From contig OZ024743.1 of assembly GCA_964016885.1 (NCBI GenBank), positions 90,272,001 to 90,336,000 on the forward strand: DNA of 64,000 nt, read 5' to 3'. This DNA comes from Eledone cirrhosa (lineage: Eukaryota). A program made the translations under genes and the position numbers. Below, piece after piece: positions 37,001 through 55,000 of this stretch. Within the stretch, counting starts at the first letter, position 1; the number at the start of each line of letters is the position of its first letter. The notes beneath the pieces were generated by a model that saw only the letters and a list, made by a program, of their open reading frames with translations, had not been told where the DNA came from and did no database searches.

Positions 37001-40000
37001 ACATCTACATACTGTATCTACCTATATAGTCAACATCTACACACCGTATCTATCTATACAGTCAACATCTACACACTGTATCTATATAGTCAACATCTAC
37101 ACATTGTATCTATCTATATAGTCAGTCAACATCTACACACGGTATCTATACAGTCAACATCTACACACAGTATCTATATAGTCAACATCTCCACACTGTA
37201 TCTATCTATACTGTCAACATCTACACACTGTATCTATCTATACAGTCAAAATCTACACACTGTATCTATCTATACAGTCAACATCTACACACTGTATCTA
37301 TACAGTCAACATCGACACACTGTATCTATACAGTCAACATCTACACACTGTATCTATATAGTCAACATCTACACACTGTATCTATATATATAGTCAACAT
37401 CTACACACTGTATCTATATAGTCAACATCTACACACTGTATCTATACAGTCAACGTCTACACACTATCTATACAGTCAACATCTACACACTGTATCGATC
37501 TATACAATCAACATCTACACACTGTATCTATCTATATAGTCAACATCTATACACTGTATCTATCTATACAGTCAACATCTACACACTGTATCTATATAGT
37601 CAACATCTACACACTGTATCTATATAGTCAACATCTACACACTGTATCTATCTATACAGTCAACATCTACACACTGTATCTATACAGTCAAAATCTACAC
37701 ACTGTATCTATATAGTCAACATCTACACACTGTATCTATACAGTCAACATCTACACACTGTATCTATCTATACAGTCAACATCTATACACTGTATCTATA
37801 TAGTCAACATCTACACACTGTATCTATCTATACAGTCAATATCTACGTAATGTATCTATATAGTCAACATCTACACACTGTATCTATCTATATAGTCAAC
37901 ATCTACACACTATCTATACAGTCAACATCTACACACTGTATCTATCTATACAGTCAACATCTACACACTGTATCTATATAGTCAACATCTACACACTGTA
38001 TCTATCTATATAGTCAACATCTACACACTGTATCTATACAGTAAAACATCTACACACTGTATCTATACAGTCAACATCTACACACTGTATCTATCTATAT
38101 AGTCAACATCTACACACTGTATCTATATAGTCAACATCTACACACTGTATCTATATAGTCAACATCTACACACTGTATCTATATAGTCAACATCTACACG
38201 CTGTATCTATACAGTCAACATCTACACACTGTATCTATCTATACAGTCAACATCTACACACTGTATCTATACAGTCAACATCTACACACTGTATCTATAT
38301 AGTCAACATCTACACACTGTATCTATATAGTCAACATCTACACACTGTATCTATATAGTCAACATCTACACACTGTATCTATATAGTCAACATCTACACA
38401 CTGTATCTATACGGTCAACATCTACACACTGTATCTATCTATACAGTCAACATCTATACACTGTATCTATATAGGCAACATCTACACGCTGTACCTAAAC
38501 AGTCAACATCTACACACTGTATTTATCTATATAGTCAACATCTACACACTGTATCTATCTATACAGTCAACATCTACACACTGTATCTATCTATACAGTC
38601 AACATCTACACACTGTATCTATATAGTCAACATCTACACACTGTATCTATATATATAGTCAACATCTACACACTGTATCTATATAGTCAACATCTACACA
38701 CTGTATCTATATATATAGTCAACATCTACACACTGTATCTATATATATAGTCAACATCTACACACTGTATCTATATACTAAACATCTACACACTGTATCT
38801 ATATAGTCAACATCTACACACTGTATCTATATAGTCAACATCTACACACTGTATCTATCTATACAGTCAACATCTACACGCTGTATCTATGTATAGAGTC
38901 AACATCTACACACTGTACCTATATAGTCAACATCTACACATTGTATCTATATAGTCAACATCTACACACTGTATCTATCTATATAGTCAACATCTACACA
39001 CTGTATCTATCTATACAGTCAACATCTACACACTGTATCTATCTATACAGTCAACATCTACACACTGCATCTATATAGTCAACATCTACACACTGTATCT
39101 ATATATATAGTCAACATCTACACAATGTATCTATATAGTCAACATCTACACACTGCATCTATATATATAGTCAACATCTACACAATGTATCTATATAGTC
39201 AACATCTACACACTGTATCTATATATATAGTCAACATCTACACACTGTATCTATATATGTAGTCAACATCTACACACTGTCCCTATCTATACAGTCAACA
39301 TCTACACACTGTATCTATATATATAGTCAACATCTACACACTGTATCTTTCTATACAGTCAACATCTACACACTGTATCTATATAGTCAACATCTACACA
39401 CTGTATCTATATAGTCAACATCTACACACTGTATCTATCTATACAGTCAACATCTACACACTGTATCTATCTATACAGTCAACATCTACACACTGTGTCT
39501 ATCGATACAGTCAACATCTACACACTGTATCTATATAGTCAACATCTACACACTGTATCTATATAGTCAACATCTACACACTGTATCTATACAGTCAACA
39601 TCTACACTCTGTATCTATATATACAGTCAACATCTACACACTGTATCTATATAGTCAACATCTACACACTGTATATATACTGTCAACATCTACACACTGT
39701 ATCTATCTATACAGTCAACATCTACACACTGTATCTATATAGTCAACATCTGCACACTGTATCTATATAGTCAACATCTACACACTGTATCTATCTATAT
39801 AGTCAACATCTATACACTGTATTTATATAGTCAACATCTACACACTGTATCTATCTATACTGTCAACATCTACACACTGTATCTATCTATACAGTCAAAA
39901 TCTACACACTGTGTCTATCTATCCAGTCAACATCTACACACTGTATCTATACAGTCAACATCGACACACTGTATCTATACAGCCAACATCTACACACTGT

Positions 40001-43000
40001 ATCTATATAGTCAACATCTACACACTGTATCTATATATATAGTCAACATCTACACACTGTATCTATATAGTCAACATCTACACACTGCATCTATACAGTC
40101 AACATCTACACACTGTATCTATACAGTCAACATCTACACACTATCTATACAGTCAACATCTACACACTGTATCTATCTATACAATCAACATCTACACACT
40201 GTATCTATCTATATAGTCAAAATCTATACACTGTATCTATATAGTCAACATCTACACACTGTATCTATCTATACAATCAACATCTACACACTGTATCTAT
40301 ACAGTCAACATCTACACACTATATCTATATAGTCAACATCTACACACTGTATCTATCTATATAGTCAACATCTACACACTGTATCTATCTATATAGTCAA
40401 CATCTACACACTGTATCTATACAGTCAACATCTACACACTGTATCTATCTATATAGTCAACATCTACACACTGTATCTATATAGTCAACATCTACACACT
40501 GTATCTATATAGTCAACATCTACACACTGTATCTATATAGTCAACATCTACACACTGTATCTATATAGTCAACATCTACACACTGTATCTATATAGGCAA
40601 CATCTACACACTGTATCTATACAGTCAACATCTACACACTGTATCTATCTATATAGTCAACATCTACACACTGTATCTATCTATACAGTCAACATCTACA
40701 CACTGTATCTATATAGTCAACATCTACACACTGTATCTATATATATAGTCAACATCTACACACTGTATCTATATAGTCAACATCTACACACTGTATCTAT
40801 ATATATAGTCAACATCTACACACTGTATCTATATATATAGTCAACATCTACACACTGTATCTATCTATACAGTCAACATCTACACACTGTATCTATCTAT
40901 ACAGTCAACATCTACACACTGTATCTATATATATATAGGGTACATCTACACACTGTATCTATATATATATAGGGAACATCTACACACTGTATCTATACAG
41001 TCAACATCTACACACTGTATCTATCTATACAGTCAACATCTACACACTGTGTCTATCTATACAGTCAACATCTAGACACTGTATATATACAGTCAACATC
41101 TACACACTGTATCTATATAGTCAACATCTACACACTGTATCTATACAGTCAACATCTACACACTGTATCTATATAGTCAACATCTACACACTGTATCTAT
41201 CTATACTGTCAACATCTACACACTGTATCTATCTATACAGTCAACATCTACACACTGTGTCTATCTATACAGTCAACATCTACACAGGGTATCTATATAG
41301 TCAACACCTACACACTGTATCTATCTATACAGTCATCTACACACTATATCTATATAGTCAACATCTACACACTGTATCTATCTATACTGTCAACATCTAC
41401 ACACTGTATCTATCTATACAGTCAACATCTACACACTGTGTCTATCTATAAAGTCAACATCTACACACTGTATCTATACAGTCAACATCTACACACTATC
41501 TATACAGTCAAAATCTACACACTGTATCTATCTATATAGTCAATATCTACACACTGTATCTATCTATATAGTCAAAATCTACACACTGTATCTATATAGT
41601 CAACATCTACACATTGTATCTATCTATACAGTCAACATCTACACACTGTATCTATCTATACAGTCAAAATCTACACACTGTGTCTATATATCCAGTCAAC
41701 ATCTACACACTGTATCTATACAGTCAACATCGACACACTGTATCTATACAGTCAACATCTACACACTGTATCTATATAGTCAACATCTACACAGTGTATC
41801 TATATATATAGTCAACATCTACACACTGTATCTATATAGTCAACATCTACACACTGTATCTATACAGTCAACATCTACACACTGTATCTATACAGTCAAC
41901 ATCTACACACTATCTATACAGTCAACATCTACACACTGTATCTATCTATACAATCAACATCTACACACTGTATCTATCTATATTGTCAACATCTATACAC
42001 TGTATCTATATAGTCAACATCTACACACTGTATCTATCTATACAGTCAACATCTACACACTTTATCTATACAGTCAACATCTACACACTGTATCTATATA
42101 GTCAACATCTACACACTGTATCTATATAGTCAACATCTCCACACTGTATCTATATAGTCAACATCTACACACTGTATATATACAGTCAACATCTACACAC
42201 TGTATCTATCTATACAGTCAACATCTACATACTGTATCTATCTATACAGTCAACATCTACACACTGTATCTATATAGTCAACATCTACACACTGTATCTA
42301 TATATATAGTCAACATCTACACACTGTATCTATATAGTCAACATCTACACACTGTATCTATATATATAGTCAACATCTACACACTGTATCTTTATATATA
42401 TAGTCAACATCTACACACTGTATCTATATATATAGTCAACATCTACACACTGTATCTATCTATACAGTCAACATCTACACACTGTATCTATATACTCAAC
42501 ATCTATGCACTGTATCTATATAGTCAACATCTACACACTGTATCTATATACTCAACATCTACACACTGTATCTATCTATACAGTCAACATCTACACACTG
42601 TATCTATATATATAGTCAACATCTACACACTGTTCTATATAGTCAACATCTACACACTGTATCTATATAGTCAACATCTACACACTGTATCTATATAGTC
42701 AACATCTACACACTGTATCTATCTATATAGTCAACATCTACACACTGTATCTATCTATATAGTCAACATCTACACACTGTATCTATCTATACAGTCAACA
42801 TCTACACACTGTATCTATCTATACAGTCAACATCTACACACTGTATCTATATAGTCAACATCTACACACTGTATCTATATATATATTGTCAACATCTACA
42901 CACTGTATCTATATAGTCAACATCTACACACTGTATCTATATATATAGTCAACATCTAAGCACTGTATCTATATATATAGTCAACATCTACACACTGTAT

Positions 43001-46000
43001 CTATCTATACAGTCAACATCTACACACTGTGTCTATCTATACAGTCAACATCTACACACTGTATATATACAGTCAACATCTACACACTGTATCTATATAT
43101 ATAGTCAACATCTACACACTGTATCTATATAGTCAACATCTACACACTGTATCTATCTATATAGTCAACATCTACACACTGTATCTATCTATACAGTCAA
43201 CATCTACACACTGTATCTATCTATACAGTCAACATCTACACACTGTATCTATATAGTCAACATCTACACACTGTATCTATATAGTCAACATCTACACACT
43301 GTATCTATCTATACAGTCAACATCTACACACTGTATCTATATAGTCAACATCTACACACTGTATCTATCTATATAGTCAACATCTACACACTGTATCTAT
43401 CTATACAGTCAACATCTACACACTGTATCTATATAGTCAACATCTACACACTGTATCTATATATATAGTCAACATCTACACACTGTATCTATATAGTCAA
43501 CATCTACACACTGTATCTATATATATAGTCAACATCTACACACTGTATCTATATATATAGTCAACATCTACACACTATCTATCTATACAGTCAACATCTA
43601 CACACTCTATCTATCTATATAGTCAACATCTATACACTGTATGTATCTGTACAGTTAACATCTACACACTGTATCTATATAGTCAACATCTACACACTGT
43701 ATCTATATAGTCAACATCTACACACTGTATCTATCTATACTGTCAACATCTACACACTGTATCTATCTATACAGTCAAAATCTACACACTGTATCTATCT
43801 ATACAGTCAACATCTACACACTGTATCTATACAGTCAACATCGACACACTGTATCTATACAGTCAACATCTACACACTGTATCTATATAGTCAACATCTA
43901 CACACTGTATCTATATATATAGTCAACATCTACACACTGTATCTATATAGTCAACATCTACACACTGTATCTATACAGTCAACGTCTACACACTATCTAT
44001 ACAGTCAACATCTACACTCTGTATCGATCTATACAATCAACATCTACACACTGTATCTATCTATATAGTCAACATCTATACACTGTATCTATCTATACAG
44101 TCAACATCTACACACTGTATCTATATAGTCAACATCTACACACTGTATCTATCTATACAGTCAACATCTACACACTGTATCTATACAGTCAAAATCTACA
44201 CACTGTATCTATATAGTCAACATCTACACACTGTATCTATACAGTCAACATCTACACACTGTATCTATCTATACAGTCAACATCTATACACTGTATCTAT
44301 ATAGTCAACATCTACACACTGTATCTATCTATACAGTCAATATCTACGTAATGTATCTATATAGTCAACATCTACACACTGTATCTATCTATATAGTCAA
44401 CATCTACACACTATCTATACAGTCAACATCTACACACTGTATCTATCTATACAGTCAACATCTACACACTGTATCTATATAGTCAACATCTACACACTGT
44501 ATCTATCTATATAGTCAACATCTACACACTGTATCTATACAGTAAAACATCTACACACTGTATCTATACAGTCAACATCTACACACTGTATCTATCTATA
44601 TAGTCAACATCTACACACTGTATCTATATAGTCAACATCTACACACTGTATCTATATAGTCAACATCTACACACTGTATCTATATAGTCAACATCTACAC
44701 ACTGTATCTATACAGTCAACATCTACACACTGTATCTATCTATACAGTCAACATCTACACACTGTATCTATACAGTCAACATCTACACACTGTATCTATA
44801 TAGTCAACATCTACACACTGTATCTATATAGTCAACATCTACACACTGTATCTATATAGTCAACATCTACACACTGTATCTATATAGTCAACATCTACAC
44901 ACTGTATCTATACAGTCAACATCTACACACTGTATCTATCTATACAGTCAACATCTACACACTGTATCTATATAGTCAACATCTACACACTGTATCTATA
45001 TAGTCAACATCTACACACTGTATCTATATAGTCAAAATCTACACGCTGTATCTACCTATACAGTCAACATCTACCCACTGTATCTATACAGTCAACATCT
45101 ACACACTGTATCTATACAGTCAACATCTACACACTGTATCTATACAGTCAACATCTACACACTGTATCTATATATATAGTCAACATCTACACACTGTATC
45201 TTTCTATACAGTCAACATCTACACACTGTATCTATCTATACAGTCAACATCTACACACTGTATCTATATACTCAACATCTATGCACTGTATCTATATAGT
45301 CAACATCTACACACTGTATCTATATATATAGTCAACATCTACACACTGTATCTATATAGTCAACATCTACACACTGTATCTATATATATAGTCAACATCT
45401 ACACACTGTATCTATATATATAGTCAACATCTACACACTGTATCTATCTATACAGTCAACATCTACACACTGTATCTATCTATACAGTCAACATCTACAC
45501 ACTGTGTCTATCTATACAGTCAACATCTACACACTGTATATATACAGTCAACATCTACACACTGTATCTATATAGTCAACATCTACACACTGTATATATA
45601 CAGTCAACATCTACACACTGTATCTATCTATACAGTCAACATCTACACACTGTATCTATATAGTCAACATCTACACACTGTATCTATCTATACAGTCAAC
45701 ATCTACACACTGTATCTATCTATACAGTCAACATCTACACACTGTATCTATATAGTCAACATCTACACACTGTATCTATCTATATAGTCAACATCTATAC
45801 ACTGTATTTATATAGTCAACATCTACACACTGTATCTATCTATACTGTCAACATCTACACACTGTATCCATCTATACAGTCAAAATCTACACACTGTGTC
45901 TATCTATCCAGTCAACATCTACACACTGTATCTATACAGTCAACATCGACACACTGTATCTATCTATACAGTCAACATCTACACACGGTATCTATATAGT

Positions 46001-49000
46001 CAACATCTACACACTGTATCTATATATATATTGTCAACATCTACACACTGTATCTATATAGTCAACATCTACACACTGTATCTATATATATAGTCAACAT
46101 CTACGCACTGTATCTATATATATAGTCAACATCTACACACTGTATCTATCTATACAGTCAACATCTACACACTGTGTCTATCTATACAGTCAACATCTAC
46201 ACACTGTATATATACAGTCAACATCTACACACTGTATCTATATATATAGTCAACATCTACACACTGTATCTATATAGTCAACATCTACACACTGTATCTA
46301 TCTATATAGTCAACATCTACACACTGTATCTATCTATACAGTCAACATCTACACACTGTATCTATCTATACAGTCAACATCTACACACTGTATCTATATA
46401 GTTAACATCTACACACTGTATCTATATAGTCAACATCTACACACTGTATCTATATAGTCAACATCTACACACTGTATCTATATAGTCAACATCTACACAC
46501 TGTATCTATACGGTCAACATCTACACACTGTATCTATCTTTACAGTCAACATCTATACACTGTATCTATATAGGCAACATCTACACACTGTATCTATACA
46601 GTCAACATCTACACACTGTACCTATACAGTCAACATCTACACACTGTATCTATCTATATAGTCAACATCTACACACTGTATCTATCTATACAGTCAACAT
46701 CTACACACTGTATCTATCTATACAGTCAACATCTACACACTGTATCTATATAGTCAACATCTACACACTGTATCTATATATATAGTCAACATCTACACAC
46801 TGTATCTATATAGTCAACATCTACACACTGTATCTATATATAGAGTCAACATCTACACACTATCTATATATATAGTCAACATCTACACACTGTATCTATC
46901 TATACAGTCAACATCTACACACTGTATCTATCTATACAGTCAACATCTACACACTGTATCTATATATATATAGTCAACATCTACACACTGTATCTTTCTA
47001 TACTGTCAACATCTACACACTGTATCTATACAGTCAACATCTACACACTGTATCTATCTATACAGTCAGCATCTACACACTGTGTCTATCTATACAGTCA
47101 ACATCTACACACTGTATATATACAGTCAACATCTACACACTGTATCTATATAGTCAACATCTACACACTGTATCTATACAGTCAACATCTACACACTGTA
47201 TCTATACAGTCAACATCTACACACTGTATCTATCTATACAGTCAACATCTACACACTGTGTCTATCTATACAGTCAACATCTACACACTGTATATATACA
47301 GTCAAGATCTACACACTGTATCTATATAGTCAACATCTACACACTGTATCTATACAGTCAACATCTACACACTATATCTATACAGTCAACATCTACACAC
47401 TGTATCTATCTATACAGTCAACATCTACACAGGGTATCTATATAGTCAACACCTACACACTGTATCTATCTATACAGTCAACATCTACACACTGTGTCTA
47501 TCTATACAGTCAACATCTACACACTGTATCTATACAGTCAACATCTACACACTATCTATACAGTCAAAATCTACACACTGTATCTATCTATATAGTCAGA
47601 ATCTACACACTGTATCTATATAGTCAACATCTACACATTGTATCTATCTATACAGTCAACATCTACACACTGTATCTATCTATACAGTCAAAATCTACAC
47701 ACTGTGTCTATCTATCCAGTCAACATCTACACACTGTATCTATACAGTCAACATCGACACACTGTATCTATACAGTCAACATCTACACACTGTATCTATA
47801 TAGTCAACATCTACACACTGTATCTATATATATAGTCAACATCTACACACTGTATCTATATAGTCAACATCTACACACTGTATCTATACAGTCAACATCT
47901 ACACACTGTATCTATACAGTCAACATCTACACACTATCTATACAATCAACATCTACACACTGTATCTATCTATATAGTCAACATCTATACACTGTATCTA
48001 TATAGTCAACGTCTACACACTGTATCTATCTATACAGTCAACATCTACACACTTTATCTATACAGTCAACATCTACACACTGCATCTATATAGTCAACAT
48101 CTACACACTGTATCTATATAGTCAACATCTACACACTGTATCTATATATATAGTCAACATCTACACACTGTATCTATATAGTCAACATCTACACACTGTA
48201 TCTATATATATAGTCTACATCTACACACTGTATCTATATATATAGTCAACATCTACACACTGTATCTATATATATAGTCAACATCTACACACTGTATCTA
48301 TCTATACAGTCAACATCTACACACTGTATCAATATATATAGTCAACATCTACACACTGTATCTTTCTATACAGTCAACATCTACACACTGTATCTATCTA
48401 TACAGTCAACATCTACACACTGTATCTATATACTCAACATCTATGCACTGTATCTATATAGTCAACATCTACACACTGTATCTATATAGTCAACATCTAC
48501 ACACTGTATCTATCTATACAGTCAACATCTACACACTGTATCTATATATATAGTCAACATCTACACACTGTTCTATATAGTCAACATCTACACACTGTAT
48601 CTATATAGTCAACATCTACACACTGTATCTATATAGTCAACATCTACACACTGTATCTATCTATATAGTCAACATCTACACACTGTATCTATGTATATAG
48701 TCAACATCTACACACTGTATCTATCTATACAGTCAACATCTACACACTGTATCTATCTATACAGTCAACATCTACACACTGTATCTATATAGTCAACATC
48801 TACACACTGCATCTATATATATTGTCAACATCTACACACTGTATCTATATAGTCAACATCTACACACTGTATCTATCTATATAGTCAACATCTACACACT
48901 GTATCTATCTATACAGTCAACATCTACACACTGTATCTATATGTATAGTCCACATCTACACACTGTATCTTTCTATACAGTCAACATCTACACACTGTAT

Positions 49001-52000
49001 CTATCTATACAGTCAACATCTACACACTGTGTCTATCTATACAGTCAACATCTACACACTGTATCTATATAGTCAACATCTACACACTGTATCTATATAT
49101 ATAGTCAACATCTACACACTGTATCTATATAGTCAACATCTACACACTGTATCTATCTATATAGTCAACATCTACACACTGTATCTATCTATACAGTCAA
49201 CATCTACACACTGTATCTATCTATACAGTCAACATCTACACACTGTATCTATATAGTCAACATCTACACACTGTATCTATCTATACAGTCAACATCTACA
49301 CACTGTATCTATATAGTCAACATCTACACACTGTATCTATCTATATAGTCAACATCTACACACTGTATCTATACAGTCAACATCTACACACTCTATCTAT
49401 ATAGTCAACATCTACACACTGTATCTATATATATAGTCAACATCTACACACTGTATCTATATAGTCAACATCTACACACTGTATCTATATATATATAGTC
49501 AACATCTACACACTGTATCTATATATATAGTCAACATCTACACACTGTAACTATCTATACAGTCAACATCTACACACTGTATCTATCTATATAGTCAACA
49601 TCTACACACTGTATCTATCTATACAGTCAACATCTACACACTGTATCTATATAGTCAACATCTACACACTGTATCTATATATATAGTCAACATCTACACA
49701 CTGTATATATACAGTCAACATCTACACACTGTATCCATATAGTCAACATCTACACACTGTATATATACAGTCAACATCTACACACTGTATCTATCTATAC
49801 AATCAACATCTACACACTGTATCTATATAGTCAACATCTACACACTGTATCTATCTATATAGTCAACATCGATACACTGTATTTATATAGTCAACATCTA
49901 CACACTGTATCTATACAGGCAACATGTACATACTGTATCTATCTATACTGTCAACATCTACACACTGTATCTATCTATACAGTCAAAATCTACACACTGT
50001 GTCTATCTATCCAGTCAACATCTACACACTGTATCTATACAGTCAACATCGACACACTGTATCGATACAGCCAACATCTACACACTGTATCTATATAGTC
50101 AGCATCTACACACTGTATCTATATATGTAGTCAACATCTACACTGTATCTATATAGTCAACATCTACACACTGTATCTATATAGTCAACATCTACACACT
50201 GTATCTATACAGTCAACATCTACACACTGTATGTATACAGTCAACATCTACACACTATCTATACAGTCAACATCTACACACTGTATCTATCTATACAATT
50301 AACATCTACACACTGTATCTATCTATATAGTCAACATCTATACACTGTATCTATATAGTCAACATCTACACACTGTATCTATCTATACAGTCAACATCTA
50401 CACACTGTATCTATACAGTCAACATCTACACACTGTATCTATATAGTCAACATCTACACACTGTATCTATATAGTCAACGTCTACACACTGTATCTATAT
50501 AGTCAACATCTACACACTGTATCTATCTATATAGTCAACATCTACACACTGTATCTATACAGTCAACATCTACACACTGTATCTATCTATATAGTCAACA
50601 TCTACACACTGTATCTATATAGTCAACATCTACACACTGTATCTATATAGTCAACATCTACACACTGTATCTATATAGTCAACATCTACACACTGTATCT
50701 ATATAGTCAACATCTACACACTGTATCTATACGGTCAACATCTACACACTGTATCTATCTTTACAGTCAACATCTATATACTGTATCTATATAGGCAACA
50801 TCTACACACTGTATTTATATAGTCAACATCTACACACTGTATCTATCTATACAGTCAACATCTACACACTGTATCTATACAGTCAACATCTACACACTGT
50901 ATCTATATAGTCAACATCTACACACTGTATCTATATAGTCAACATCTACACACTGTATCTATATAGTCAACATCTACACACTGTATCTATACAGTCAACA
51001 TCTACACACTGTACCTATACAGTCAACATCTACACACTGTATCTATCTATATAGTCAACATCTACACACTGTATCTATCTATACAGTCAACATCTACACA
51101 CTGTATCTATCTATACAGTCAACATCTACACACTGTATCTATATAGTCAACATCTACACATTGTATCTATATATATAGTCAACATCTACACACTGTATCT
51201 ATATAGTCAACATCTACACACTGTATCTATATATATAGTCAACATCTACACACTGTATCTATATACATAGTCAACATCTACACACTGTATCTATCTATAC
51301 AGTCAACATCTACACACTGTATCTATCTATACAGTCAACATCTACACACGGTATCTATATATATATAGTCAACATCTACACACTGTATCTTTCTATACAG
51401 TCAACATCTACACACTGTATCTATACAGTCAACATCTACACACTGTATCTATCTATACAGTCAACATCTACAAAGGGTATCTATATAGTCAACACCTACA
51501 CACTCTATCTATCTATACAGTCAACATCTACACACTATATCTATATAGTCAACATCTACACACTGTATCTATCTATACTGTCAACATCTACACACTGTAT
51601 CTATCTATACAGTCAGCATCTACACACTGTGTCTATCTATACAGTCAACATCTACACACTGTATCTATACAGTCAACATCTACACACTATCTATACAGTC
51701 AAAATCTACACACTGTATCTATCTATATAGTCAATATCTACACACTGTATCTATATAGTCAACATCTACACATTGTATCTATCTATACAGTCAACATCTA
51801 CACACTGTATCTATATAGTCAACATCTACACACTGTATCTATACAGTCAACATCTACACACTGTATCTATCTATACAGTCAACATCTATACACTGTATCT
51901 ATATAGTCAACATCTACACACTGTATCTATATAGTCAACATCTACACACTGTATCTATCTATAAAGTCAACATCTACACACTGTATCTATCTATAAAGGC

Positions 52001-55000
52001 AACATCTACACACTGTATCTATCTATATAGTCAACATCTACACACTGTATCTATATAGTCAACATCTACACACTGTATCTATATAGTCAACATCTACACA
52101 CTGTATCTATATAGTCAACATCTACACACTGTATCTATATAGTCAACATCTACACACTGTATCTATATAGTCAACATCTACACACTGTATCTATACAGTC
52201 AACATCTACACGCTGAATCTATCTATACAGTCAATATCTATACACTGTATCTATCTATACAGTCAACATCTATACACTGTATCTATATAGGCAACATCTA
52301 CACACTGTATCTATAGTCAACATCTACACACTGTATCTATACAGTCAACATCTACACACTGTATCTATCTATATAGTCAACATCTACACACTGTATCTAT
52401 ATAGTCAACATCTCCACACTGTATCTATATAGTCAACATCTACACACTGTATCTATATAGTCAACATCTACACACTGTATCTATATAGTCAACATCTACA
52501 CACTGTATCTATACAGTCAACATCTACATGCTGTATCTATCTATACAGTCAATATCTATACACTGTATCTATATAGTCAACATCTACACACTGTATCTAT
52601 CTATACAGTCAACATCTATACACTGTATCTATATAGGCAACATCTACACACTGTATCTATCTATACTGTCAACATCTACACACTGTATCTATCTATACAG
52701 TCAAAATCTACACACTGTGTCTATATATACAGTCAACATCTACACACTGTATATATACAGTCAACATCTACACACTGTATCTATATAGTCAACATCTACA
52801 CACTGTATCTATCTATACAGTCAACATCTACACACTGTATCTATATAGTCAACATCTACACACTGTATCTATCTATACAGTCAACATCTACACACTGTAT
52901 CTATCTATACAGTCAACATCTACACACTGTATCTACATAGTCAACATCTACACACTGTATCTATCTATATAGTCAACATCTATACACTGTATTTATATAG
53001 TCAACATCTACACACTGTATCTATCTATACTGTCAACATCTACACACTGTATCTATCTATACAGTCAACATCTACACACTGTGTCTATCTATCCAGTCAA
53101 CATCTACACTCTGTATCTATACAGTCAATATCGACACACTGTATCTATACAGCCAACATCTACACACTGTATCTATATAGTCAACATCTACACACTGTAT
53201 CTATATATATAGTCAACATCTACACACTGTATCTATATACATAGTCAACATCTACACACTGTATCTATCTATACAGTCAACATCTACACACTGTATCTAT
53301 CTATACAGTCAACATCTACACACGGTATCTATATATATATAGTCAACATCTACACACTGTATCTTTCTATACAGTCAACATCTACACACTGTATCTATAC
53401 AGTCAACATCTACACACTGTATCTATCTATACAGTCAACATCTACAAAGGGTATCTATATAGTCAACACCTACACACTGTATCTATCTATACAGTCAACA
53501 TCTACACACTATATCTATATAGTCAACATCTACACACTGTATCTATCTATACTGTCAACATCTACACACTGTATCTATCTATACAGTCAACATCTACACA
53601 CTGTGTCTATCTATACAGTCAACATCTACACACTGTATCTATACAGTCAACATCTACACACTATCTATACAGTCAAAATCTACACACTGTATCTATCTAT
53701 ATAGTCAATATCTACACACTGTATCTATATAGTCAACATCTACACATTGTATCTATCTATACAGTCAACATCTACACACTGTATCTATATAGTCAACATC
53801 TACACACTGTATCTATACAGTCAACATCTACACACTGTATCTATACAGTCAACATCTACACACTGTATCTATCTATACAGTCAACATATATACACTGTAT
53901 CTATATAGTCAACATCTACACACTGTATCTATATAGTCAACATCTACACACTGTATCTATCTATAAAGTCAACATCTACACACTGTATCTATCTATAAAG
54001 GCAACATCTACACACTGTATCTATATAGTCAACATCTACACACTGTATCTATATAGTCAACATCTACACACTGTATCTATATAGTCAACATCTACACACT
54101 GTATCTATATAGTCAACATCTACACACTGTATCTATATAGTCAACATCTACACACTGTATATATACAGTCAACATCTACACACTGTATCTATATAGTCAA
54201 CATCTACACACTGTCTCTATCTATATAGTCAACATCGATACACTGTATTTATATAGTCAACATCTACACACTGTATCTATACAGGAAACATCTACATACT
54301 GTATCTATCTATATAGTCAACATCTATACACTGTATTTATATAGTCAACATCTACACACTGTATCTATCTATACTGTCAACATCTACACACTGTATCTAT
54401 CTATACAGTCAAAATCTACACACTGTGTCTATCTATCCAGTCAACATCTACACACTGTATCTATACAGTCAACATCGACACACTGTATCTATACAGCCAA
54501 CATCTACACACTGTATCTATATAGTCAGCATCTACACACTGTATCTATATATGTAGTCAACATCTACACTGTATCTATATAGTCAACATCTACACACTGT
54601 ATCTATATAGTCAACATCTACACACTGTATCTATACAGTCAACATCTACACACTGTATCTATACAGTCAACATCTACACACTATCTATACAGTCAACATC
54701 TACACACTGTATCTATCTATACAATCAACATCTACACACTGTATCTATCTATATAGTCAACATCTATACACTGTATCTATATAGTCAACATCTACACACT
54801 GTATCTATCTATACAGTCAACATCTACACACTGTATCTATACAGTCAACATCTACACACTGTATCTATATAGTCAACATCTACACACTGTATCTATATAG
54901 TCAACGTCTACACACTGTATCTATATAGTCAACATCTACACACTGTATCTATCTATATAGTCAACATCTACACACTGTATCTATACAGTCAACATCTACA

